This document shows positions 51,501-59,081 of a DNA stretch of 64,000 bases, in pieces. The DNA lies in contig DBEWUK010000050.1 in NCBI GenBank assembly GCA_048205395.1, positions 748 through 64,747 of the forward strand, read 5' to 3'. The position numbers and the translations under genes are program-made. Position 1 is the first letter of the stretch. Each line of letters opens with the position of its first letter. This stretch comes from Collinsella sp. Its GTDB lineage: Bacteria > Actinomycetota > Coriobacteriia > Coriobacteriales > Coriobacteriaceae. The notes beneath the pieces were generated by a model. That model saw only the letters and a list, made by a program, of their open reading frames with translations, made no database searches and was not told the origin of the DNA.

Positions 51501-52355
51501 TTAGTTGGCGGGCTGGAAGAAGGCTACTGCTACGGCGCCGGGGCCTACGTGGGTGCCGATGGTGGCGCCAATGGTGTGAACGGGCAGTTCGCCCTCGGTG
51601 TGACCAGCCCACAGTGCCGCGCTGTCCTCGATATACTTCTTGAGCACCGCATCCGAAAGACCCGTATAGCCGAGCGCCAGCGGCATGGAAAAGTCGATGC
51701 CGCCCGCCTTTTCGACCTTTTGGTTCAGCAGGTTGCGGCCGTTCTTGGAACCGCGCGCCTTGCCCAGCTGCACGATCAGACCGTCCTCGACAGCCACCAC
51801 AGGCTTTACGTTGAGCAGCGTGCCCACGGCGCCGGCCGCAGCAGACAGACGACCGCCGCGCACCAGGTACTCCAGCGTCTCGAGCAGGCCGATGACGACC
51901 ACGCGGTCACGGACGGCCTCGACGGCCGCCGCGATCTGGGCCGCACTACGGCCCTCGTCCACCAGGCGCAGGGCATATTCGACCAGGACACGCTCGCCCA
52001 GAGTGACGTTGTTGCTATCCACCACGTACACGTCGCCGCCCGGCGCCTCGGCAAGTGCGGTACGGGCACTCTGATTGGTGCCCGAAAGCTTAGCGCCCAC
52101 GGTAATAATCACAGCCTCATCGCCGGCCTCACGCGCCTCGGCAATAGCCTGCGAAAACGCGTACGGGTTGACCTGGCCGGTCTTGGGCAGCTCATCGCGC
52201 TCCACGAGCATCTCGTAAAAGCGCTGGTGATTGATATCGACGCCATCCATGTACACATCGGTGCCAAAGGTGACGGACAGCGGCAGAACACGCAGAGCGG
52301 GGTGCTCAGCCGGCGACATATCGCTCGCGGAATCGGTAATAATACGAATGGACAT
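51501..52355 (-). CDS. DegV-family fatty-acid-binding protein
   Basis: Within ORF 51501..52460. The start is ATG 52355, after GAAAGGA. Motifs: IRIITDSASDM, VVDSNNVTLG, HVGPGAVAVAF. Confidence 0.85.
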   Translation of the reverse strand: MSIRIITDSASDMSPAEHPALRVLPLSVTFGTDVYMDGVDINHQRFYEMLVERDELPKTGQVNPYAFSQAIAEAREAGDEAVIITVGAKLSGTNQSARTALAEAPGGDVYVVDSNNVTLGERVLVEYALRLVDEGRSAAQIAAAVEAVRDRVVVIGLLETLEYLVRGGRLSAAAGAVGTLLNVKPVVAVEDGLIVQLGKARGSKNGRNLLNQKVEKAGGIDFSMPLALGYTGLSDAVLKKYIEDSAALWAGHTEGELPVHTIGATIGTHVGPGAVAVAFFQPAN

Positions 52356-52474
52356 AGCGAATCCTTTCTTGCGCAGGTCCCGTGCAGGGAATTTTGACAG
52401 CAATGCCCCGGCACGGCATACGCGCTCAAACGGGACTATGCAGTTGTTAATTGGAAACAAATGCCTTGGCGGCC

Positions 52475-52924
52475 TTAGATCTCGCGCAGGGTATTGAGAA
52501 TCGTGCGCAGCGACGCATACATCTGCTCGCGCTGCTCCACACCCATAGCCTTACCGGTGGTATCGAGCACCTCGCGAATGATGCGGTCCGCCTCGCTCAT
52601 GCTCTCGCCGCCCAGAGCGGTCAGGCGCACCGGAGCACGATACTTAACGGCGGCATCGCCCGAATCATCGACCTCGACGTAGCCACCCTCCTCCAGATGC
52701 GCGAGCGTACGCGAGACGGCGGCGCGGGTCACGCCTGCCATGCGAGCCAGGTCGGCGCCAGTCAGGCCATCCTTGCTGCGCTCAAGATAGTACAGGCACA
52801 TAACGTCGGAGCCCTTGAGACCCAGCCTAGCGCCCTCAGACGTCTTAATGCGCTGGATCTCCTTGTAGAGACCGCTGATCAGTCCGACAAAGTCCTCGAA
52901 ACGTGTCTCGTCGCTCTGCTGCAT
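52475..52924 (-). CDS. MarR-family transcriptional regulator
   Basis: 149 aa with a wHTH: LTGADLARMAGVTRAAVSRTLAHLEEGGYVE. Confidence 0.8.
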   Translation of the reverse strand: MQQSDETRFEDFVGLISGLYKEIQRIKTSEGARLGLKGSDVMCLYYLERSKDGLTGADLARMAGVTRAAVSRTLAHLEEGGYVEVDDSGDAAVKYRAPVRLTALGGESMSEADRIIREVLDTTGKAMGVEQREQMYASLRTILNTLREI

Positions 52925-53028
52925 GGGAGACGACCGCCTTTCGCTTGCATAATGCTAACGGGTAAACATCTTAGTCGCATAAGGCGACACCCGTACCCAA
53001 ATACCCCATTTGTTAACCCATCAACATA

Positions 53029-53069
53029 AAAACCACCACAAAGGGGACAGGCACCTTTGTGGTGGTTTG
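53029..53069 (+). repeat. conserved terminator-like hairpin, copy 5
   Basis: AAAAACCACCACAAAGGGGACAGGCACCTTTGTGGTGGTTT, lying 26 nt beyond the B3/B4 gene stop. Confidence 0.85.
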
Positions 53070-53094
53070 GGGCATCAATAGGTTCTAGGCGCCG

Positions 53095-53814
53095 CTACAG
53101 CTCCACGCAAGGATTGTCGCGGGTCACAAGCGTCTTAATGACAACCGTCGCTCCCAGATAGCGCTCAAGCAGCTCGGCTAAGCGATCGATCGCAGCCTGG
53201 CAATCCCCCATCCGCTCGGGCTCAACACATTCAATCGCCAAAAACGCGTCGGCCGAATCGTCGGACAGAGCCGTTCGAACGCCGTCGCGCCAGTTCCAGC
53301 AGCGGCACACGGCGCCCGCATCGTCGATGTAGGCCAGCTCGCCGGGCAGCGTCGGGTCATCCGCTTCCTCGCCAAGCGGCAAGAACGCATCGCCACCATC
53401 GGTCACCTTCAAGCGAAGATCTCCCTCAATCGCATGCAGGTCCTCGCCGCCAACGGGCAGCGCATAAGTCAACGAAATCGTGTTGTAGATATCCACCGCC
53501 GGTGTGATGTGGCCGACCGGCTTGCCTTTGAGCACGCGCTTGAGCAGGTTCTCAACTGAGCAACGCGCGCCCTTCTTGGTCTTGAACAGGCGATACGCCT
53601 CGCGCCATGCCTTAACCGGCGCGTTCTCGCTGATAGTGTCGCTGGTCAGATGACGCTCCGCATCGATATTGGCGCGGTCGAGCAACGCCGCAATCGCATC
53701 CACGTCCTCTTGAGGAATCTGAGCCGTGGGCTTCATGCCCTCCACGACCACAACACCGACCGCTGCCTGCGGAAACAGCTCCCAGAATGAATCCTCGGCA
53801 ATAAAGCTCTTCAT
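53095..53814 (-). CDS. B3/B4 domain protein (PheT B3/B4-like, COG3382-type)
   Basis: Within ORF 53095..53829. ATG 53814 is preferred, with AAGGGAGAG upstream. Motifs: VKAWREAYRLFKTKKGARCSVENLLKRVLKG...VDIYNTISL...CRCWNWRDG. Confidence 0.7.
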   Translation of the reverse strand: MKSFIAEDSFWELFPQAAVGVVVVEGMKPTAQIPQEDVDAIAALLDRANIDAERHLTSDTISENAPVKAWREAYRLFKTKKGARCSVENLLKRVLKGKPVGHITPAVDIYNTISLTYALPVGGEDLHAIEGDLRLKVTDGGDAFLPLGEEADDPTLPGELAYIDDAGAVCRCWNWRDGVRTALSDDSADAFLAIECVEPERMGDCQAAIDRLAELLERYLGATVVIKTLVTRDNPCVEL

Positions 53815-53985
53815 ACGCTCTCCCTTCATTATGCGCGCCCGAGTGAGGGCGCCTAAACAAAAAGCGCCCTCACGACGGCCACCTTCAAAGTCCTACGGTG
53901 CCGTCACAAGAACGCTTGCGCTGTCCCCATCCGGAGAAGGGGACGATATGTCAGGCGTATTGTAACCCGAGTCATCCACGCGAGC

Positions 53986-54022
53986 AAAACCACCACAAAG
54001 GCGCCTGTCCCCTTTGTGGTGG
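53986..54022 (-). repeat. conserved terminator-like hairpin, copy 6 (inverted orientation)
   Basis: The plus strand reads AAAACCACCACAAAGGCGCCTGTCCCCTTTGTGGTGG. It lies 20 nt beyond the pckA stop. Confidence 0.8.
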
Positions 54023-54041
54023 ATATGGACTCACGGCGAAG

Positions 54042-55712
54042 CTAGTGGCGAAGTCCCAGCAACCCGCGGCCGCGATGACGGGCGTCGGCGTGTACTTGAG
54101 CGTGCGGGCCGGCGGCTTTGACGGACTCGGGCAGGTGCGAGTACTTCTTCTCGAAGTTCTCCTCGAACATCACTGCCAGGTTGTGCGCGGCCTCGTCATA
54201 GCGCGCGGTGCTCTGCCAGTATTGGCGCGGCACCAGGATGCCATCGGGCACGCCGTGGCACGTCGTGGGAATGTCGACGTTAAAGATGTCGTCGTGCACG
54301 AACTCGCTGTCCTCGATGGTGCCGTCGAGGGCGCGCGCGACCAGCGAGCGCGTGTAGGCAAGCTCGATGCGATGGCCCACGCCGTAGCCGCCGCCAATCC
54401 AGCCGGTGTTGACCAGGTACACGCGCGTGCGGCCGTCGGCAATGCGCTCGCCAAGCATCTTGGCGTAAACCATTGGGTCGAGCGGCATAAACGGCTCGCC
54501 GAACAGCGAAGAGAACGTGGGCGTGGGCTCGGTGACGCCGACCTCGGTGCCGGGAATCTTAGCCGTAAAGCCCGTCACAAAGTGGTACATAGCGGCATCG
54601 GCCGTCAGGCGTGAGATGGGCGGCAGCACGCCAAAAGCGTCGCAAGTCAGGAACAGCACGACACTCGGAGTGGTGCCCATGCCCTTAGTCCACGCGTTAG
54701 GAATGTGCTCCACGGGATAGGCCACGCGCGTGTTGTGCGTGATCGAGATGTCGTCGTAGTTGGGTTTGCGGTTCTCATCGAGCACCACGTTTTCGCAAAT
54801 GGCGCCAAAGCGGACAGCGTTGAAGATCTCGGGCTCGTGGAAGGCGTCCAGGCCCTCGCATTTTGCGTAGCAGCCACCCTCGATGTTGAAGATACCCATG
54901 TCGGACCAACCGTGCTCGTCGTCGCCGATCAGCAGGCGCGTGGGATTGGCCGAAAGCGTGGTCTTGCCCGTGCCGGACAGGCCAAAGAACACGGCAGTCT
55001 CGTGCGTGACGGGATCCATGCTGGCCGAGCAATGCATGGGCAGCACGTCGTCCTCGACGGGCAGCAAGTAATTCATAACGCTGAAGATGGACTTTTTGAT
55101 CTCGCCGGAGTAGCCGGTACCCGCGACCAAAATCACGCGCTCCTGGAAGTTGATGACCACGGCGGCGCTGGAGTTGAGGCCCTTGATGGCAGGGTCGCAT
55201 TGGTAGCCCGGCGCGGCGAGCACGCAGAAGTCCGGCTCGCCGGTGCGCGCGATTTCGCGGGCGAGCGGGCGGGCGAGCATCTGCTTAATGAAGAGCGCCT
55301 GGCTGGCACGCTCGCAGGCGACGAGCAGGCGGCGCGTATGGTTGCGGTCGGCGCCGGCCATGCCGCGGGTGACGAACACATCGCGCTCGTTGAGATAGTC
55401 GACGATGCCGGCTTTGATGACCTCGTAGCTTTCGACGGACAGCGGGCGGTTGACGGCGCCCCAGGCAATCTTGTCGTGGACATCGGGGGTGTCAACGATA
55501 AAGCGGTCGTTGGGCGAACGTCCGGTACGCTCCCCCGTCTCGATCACCAGCGCGCCGTTGGATGCCATGCGGCCTTCGTTGCGGCGGATGGCATGCTCGA
55601 CGAGCTCGGCTGCCGGCAGGTCAACCAGCAGGCGGGGCTGGTTCTCAGCGGGGTCTTCGACCAGCGTAATGCCAAAATTGGACAGAACTTCTGCAGGGGT
55701 AACACCAGGCAT
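54042..55712 (-). CDS. pckA: phosphoenolpyruvate carboxykinase (ATP)
   Basis: Within ORF 54042..55826. The start is ATG 55712, after AAGGAGG. Motifs: TGRSPNDRFIV, FFGLSGTGKTTLS (kinase-1a), IGDDEHGW, NIEGGCYAK. Confidence 0.9.
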   Translation of the reverse strand: MPGVTPAEVLSNFGITLVEDPAENQPRLLVDLPAAELVEHAIRRNEGRMASNGALVIETGERTGRSPNDRFIVDTPDVHDKIAWGAVNRPLSVESYEVIKAGIVDYLNERDVFVTRGMAGADRNHTRRLLVACERASQALFIKQMLARPLAREIARTGEPDFCVLAAPGYQCDPAIKGLNSSAAVVINFQERVILVAGTGYSGEIKKSIFSVMNYLLPVEDDVLPMHCSASMDPVTHETAVFFGLSGTGKTTLSANPTRLLIGDDEHGWSDMGIFNIEGGCYAKCEGLDAFHEPEIFNAVRFGAICENVVLDENRKPNYDDISITHNTRVAYPVEHIPNAWTKGMGTTPSVVLFLTCDAFGVLPPISRLTADAAMYHFVTGFTAKIPGTEVGVTEPTPTFSSLFGEPFMPLDPMVYAKMLGERIADGRTRVYLVNTGWIGGGYGVGHRIELAYTRSLVARALDGTIEDSEFVHDDIFNVDIPTTCHGVPDGILVPRQYWQSTARYDEAAHNLAVMFEENFEKKYSHLPESVKAAGPHAQVHADARHRGRGLLGLRH

Positions 55713-55853
55713 GGGGCCTCCTTTAAAAACGCGGCACGTGGACGCGGCGCGCACTTTACTCACGTAAAGCCCGTTGTACCCGATATGCAAAAACGTTTTT
55801 GCGGCAAGGGCGGCAAGCCCGCCCAACGGTCAAAAATCGCAGGCAAGCGGCCC

Positions 55854-55907
55854 AGTCATTGGGAACGTTCTTAAACGACTAGTCATTGGGGACACTCTTG
55901 AACAGGC
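55854..55907. repeat. two tandem 27-nt units (AGTCATTGGGAACGTTCTTAAACGACT / AGTCATTGGGGACACTCTTGAACAGGC)
   Basis: Read directly. The first unit is 26/27 identical to 36446..36472. Confidence 0.75.
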
Positions 55908-55914
55908 AACATTC

Positions 55915-55991
55915 AAGGAGCGTCCCCGGATGCCGGCACTTAGGGACGTTCCCAAAGTGCCGGCACATAAGGAACGTCCCTAAGTGCCGAC
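55915..55991. repeat. three ~26-nt GGRACGTYCC...GTGCCGRC units containing a 19-bp perfect inverted repeat around a GTGCCGGCAC palindrome
   Basis: CGGCACTTAGGGACGTTCC (55934..55952) pairs with GGAACGTCCCTAAGTGCCG (55971..55989). The 18-nt spacer contains GTGCCGGCAC (55957..55966). The region lies in the pckA / flippase-like divergent region. Confidence 0.75.
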
Positions 55992-56040
55992 TACTGAATG
56001 GCGCCGCCGAAATTATTGAACAACCTGTTCAAAAACACGA

Positions 56041-57672
56041 ATGGATACCACCGCGACTATACTAGAGCGCAGCAATAGAAAGGACCCCGCTTTGAGCATC
56101 ACGCCCCTCGATAGCATTCGCCGCGCCATCGCCCGCCGCAACGGCATCTCCAACCCCGCTGCATTGAAAGACGGCGCCGCGAAGGCCCAGGGCGGCCGCA
56201 TCGAGAACGGCCTCTTCCCTGCCTCCCACACGGCCGAAGAGCTCGCACGCATCCAGGAGCTGAGTCAGCGCAACGCCGGCGGACCCGATAGCAGCCAAGC
56301 CACACGTCGCCGGCGCGAACGCGATCAGGAGCCCGGCCCCGTCCGCCGCATGGTCAACGCTTGGTGGAACCGCCTGCTCGGCGCCATCTACGGCGGCGGC
56401 TTCTCCATGCAGGAAGCGGAATACGAGGAGCACGCCACCCGCCGCGACTATCTCTGGAATACCCTGGGCACCGCCGTGTGGGGCATGGCGTTTCCTCTGC
56501 TCACCATCGTGTCCACACAGCTCGTGGGCGCCGAAGAAGCAGGCAAATTCTCCATCGCCTTCGTCACCGGCACGCTCATCATGATCGCGTGCAACTACGG
56601 CGTGCGCAATTTCCAGGTCTCAGACATCGACGAAAAGACGTCCTTTGCCTCCTACCAGCTCAACCGCTGGCTTTGCGGAGCGCTCGCCCTAGGCTGCGGC
56701 CTCATGTACAGCAGCGCCCGCGGCTATGACGCGCATATGGCGACGATCGGCCTGGGCGTCTACCTCTACAAGGTGATCGACGGCGTCGCCGACGTGTACG
56801 AAGGCCGCCTGCAGCAGGCCGACAAGCTCTACTTGGCTGGCATGAGTCAAACGCTACGCTCCGTCGGCGTCATCGCGGTCTTCAGCGTGGCGCTGTTCCT
56901 CACGCGTAGCATGCCCATCGCGGCCATGGCCATGGGCATCGCCGCGATCGCCTCGCTCGTGCTGGTCACCGCGCCGCTCGCCCTGCTCGAGACCGAAAAA
57001 TCGCGCCGCGTAAGCCTGCGCGAGGTCGGCCACCTGTTTGTCCAGTGCGCCCCACTCTTTGGCGCGCTATTCCTGTTCAACCTAATTGAGAGCATGCCCA
57101 AGTTTGTGATGGAAGGCAAGCTGGCATACAAATATCAGCTGTACTTTAATGCCCTGTTCTTTCCGGCGCAGGCTATTCTGTTGAGCATTGGATTTATCTA
57201 TAAACCGCAGCTCCTGCGCTTGTCGAGCATTTGGGCTAATCCTCGCAAGCGTCGTCGCTTTGACCTGATTATTGTTGCCGTTATGGCGCTGATCGTGGCC
57301 ATCACCGGCGTGTGCGCCGCATTTATGGCAGGTCCCGGTATTCCCCTCATGAGCTTTATGTACGGCCTCAGCTTTGAGCACTACCGTACGCTGGCGTTGC
57401 TGATGGTCGTCGCCGGCGGCGTCACCGCGGCCATCGACTTTATCTACGCCATCATCACGGTGCTACGCCACGCTGGAGACGTCACCAAGATCTACCTGAT
57501 CTGCTTCGCCGTAAGCGTGGTGCTGCCGGTGATCTTGATTAAGCTGCTGGGTCTGATGGGCGCTGTGGTGAGCTACCTAGCCATCATGGCCCTACTCCTG
57601 GTGCTACTGATAATCGAGTACGCCCACATCCGCCAGCGCATAGAACGCGACCGCAACCCATACGGCGCCTAA
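56041..57672 (+). CDS. MOP/Wzx-like polysaccharide or lipid-linked oligosaccharide flippase family membrane protein
   Basis: 543-aa ORF. About 12 predicted hydrophobic segments start from residue ~125. The N-terminal ~100 aa is hydrophilic and the start is uncertain (alternative ATG 56350). Confidence 0.65.
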   Translation: MDTTATILERSNRKDPALSITPLDSIRRAIARRNGISNPAALKDGAAKAQGGRIENGLFPASHTAEELARIQELSQRNAGGPDSSQATRRRRERDQEPGPVRRMVNAWWNRLLGAIYGGGFSMQEAEYEEHATRRDYLWNTLGTAVWGMAFPLLTIVSTQLVGAEEAGKFSIAFVTGTLIMIACNYGVRNFQVSDIDEKTSFASYQLNRWLCGALALGCGLMYSSARGYDAHMATIGLGVYLYKVIDGVADVYEGRLQQADKLYLAGMSQTLRSVGVIAVFSVALFLTRSMPIAAMAMGIAAIASLVLVTAPLALLETEKSRRVSLREVGHLFVQCAPLFGALFLFNLIESMPKFVMEGKLAYKYQLYFNALFFPAQAILLSIGFIYKPQLLRLSSIWANPRKRRRFDLIIVAVMALIVAITGVCAAFMAGPGIPLMSFMYGLSFEHYRTLALLMVVAGGVTAAIDFIYAIITVLRHAGDVTKIYLICFAVSVVLPVILIKLLGLMGAVVSYLAIMALLLVLLIIEYAHIRQRIERDRNPYGA

Positions 57673-57751
57673 TTAGCTGCCCGGTCACCGGAATTTGCGA
57701 TGGAATCACCCCGTCTGGGGTCTCGTTGCGGACAATATTCATCACGCAAAA

Positions 57752-57874
57752 CTAAGTGAGTAGACTTTTACCGAATCTCCGACCACACCAACAGAGCACA
57801 AGTCTGTGACCTGCGGTTTTATTGAGGCAAATATGTTGGGTGCTCGGCATTTCCAAAAAAGTCTACTCACTTAG
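57752..57874. other. 123-nt long-stem element (18-bp perfect stem) homologous in core to 36527..36676, opposite orientation
   Basis: CTAAGTGAGTAGACTTTT (57752..57769) pairs with AAAAGTCTACTCACTTAG (57857..57874). The interior carries ACCTGCGGTTTT (57809..57820), the reverse complement of AAAACCGCAGGT. It also carries AATCTCCGACCAC (57774..57786), the reverse complement of GTGGTCGGAGATT. Confidence 0.6.
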
Positions 57875-57889
57875 CCAGCGGGCAGCCAA

Positions 57890-57921
57890 ATGATTATTTA
57901 ATCCCCGTCCCAGAGAAATCA
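57890..57921. repeat. 32-nt dispersed repeat, copy 2
   Basis: ATGATTATTTAATCCCCGTCCCAGAGAAATCA is 31/32 identical to 46789..46820. A further CCCCGTCCCA lies at 57957..57966. Confidence 0.8.
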
Positions 57922-57988
57922 ATTAGCGGGCAGAAGGGCAAAAGTAGTCAAAAAAGCCCCGTCCCAAATTAGCTACCCCTTGCACCGA

Positions 57989-58828
57989 TTATTCGCCCGG
58001 GTTGATGTTCGCGTAGAACTCCGCCCCGTCGTCCAGGCGCAGGATGCCCACGCGACCGAACTCGGAGCCGGTGGCGGCAGCGCAGTCGATGTCGATGCGA
58101 TCGGGCACACCGGCGGCATCCTCGCCGCCCAGGCGCACGATCTGCCCGCGGCCCGACTCCTCATCGAGCCCCGCAAGACCACCGACCTCGCAATAACGCC
58201 CGAGCGACACCGTTGGCGTGTGACCGCTCACCACGACCGGACCCTTGCCCTCGGCAGAAAGCAGCCCGGTCGGCACATCCCAATAGCCGTGACGAATCCA
58301 CAGCAGGTCATCGGACGACTGCACTGCGAGCATCTGCTGCAGCAGCTCGCGATCAGCACCCACCGCTCCGACGCCATCGGCACAATCGACACCATGCTCA
58401 AGCAAAAACGCACGCGCCGCCTCGGTCTGAATGCCGGCGTGCACCAGCAGGTACGGCCGCTCGGCAGTCTCGACCACCGCGTAGAGCGGCAGCGCGGCCA
58501 TCCATCGCACGAGCTCCTCGTATGCCTCAAATTCCATGTCGTTGAGCTGCTCGCGCGTCGTCCAGCCACCGTTGATATCCCAGGTCTCGGCATCGAGCGG
58601 ATCCTGGCCAATGATGGCATCGAGCATGATCTGCTCGTGATTGCCCTTGAGCACGCGGGCGTTGGGCAGCGAGCGCACGAGCTTAATAACACCGACCGGA
58701 TCGGGCCCGCGATCGATCATGTCGCCCAGCACGTACAGTGTGTCGTCGGACGTCAACGAGATCTTAGACAGGGCCTCGTCAAGCGCACGCACGTGCCCGT
58801 GAGCGTCAGATGTCACATAGATCGCCAT
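57989..58828 (-). CDS. metallophosphoesterase (PPP-family Ser/Thr phosphatase / ApaH-like)
   Basis: 279 aa. Motifs: YVTSDAHGH, VLGDMIDRGPD, LKGNHE, VSGHTP. Confidence 0.8.
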   Translation of the reverse strand: MAIYVTSDAHGHVRALDEALSKISLTSDDTLYVLGDMIDRGPDPVGVIKLVRSLPNARVLKGNHEQIMLDAIIGQDPLDAETWDINGGWTTREQLNDMEFEAYEELVRWMAALPLYAVVETAERPYLLVHAGIQTEAARAFLLEHGVDCADGVGAVGADRELLQQMLAVQSSDDLLWIRHGYWDVPTGLLSAEGKGPVVVSGHTPTVSLGRYCEVGGLAGLDEESGRGQIVRLGGEDAAGVPDRIDIDCAAATGSEFGRVGILRLDDGAEFYANINPGE

Positions 58829-59081
58829 GGTACGCCTCTCCTTGCATTGCGGCCGAAGCCCGGTGCCGCAACTAAAACTTCAAGTTGAACTTAAACGTTA
58901 CCCATTGTACTCCGTTGCAATAAAGCTGGAAAGGGTTTCCGAGCAGAGGCAAAGACGGCAGCCGTCTATGACGATATCGCGCACGCCCGCAATCCAACCC
59001 CATAAACCCACCATCTTTGGGTACAAATAACCGCAGACAACTGACCGTGCCACGCCAACCACCCAGGAGCGGACACCATCT

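Noticed and set aside
51076-51504. ORFs whose translations contain HHKGVCPLCGG or PPQRCLSP(L/M)WWF (also 39480..39701, 39544..40482 and 53898..54614). These looked like a repeated small Cys-rich peptide.
   Set aside because: The recurring peptide is simply the translation of the conserved 41-nt hairpin repeat in different frames. The ORFs otherwise overlap real genes on the other strand.
39496-54022. Link between the hairpin repeat family and the Y1/RayT-like gene at 23893..24702 (a REP-RAYT system)
   Set aside because: The hairpins lack the conserved GTAG-type 5' tetranucleotide of REPs and are not clustered around the gene. The protein also appears to have lost both the HUH His and the catalytic Tyr. 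This is kept only as a hypothesis to test, not a call.
55854-55991. Tandem 25-27-nt units considered as a miniature CRISPR array
   Set aside because: The units are contiguous with no unique spacers. They are partly inverted relative to each other, and no cas genes or leader are nearby.
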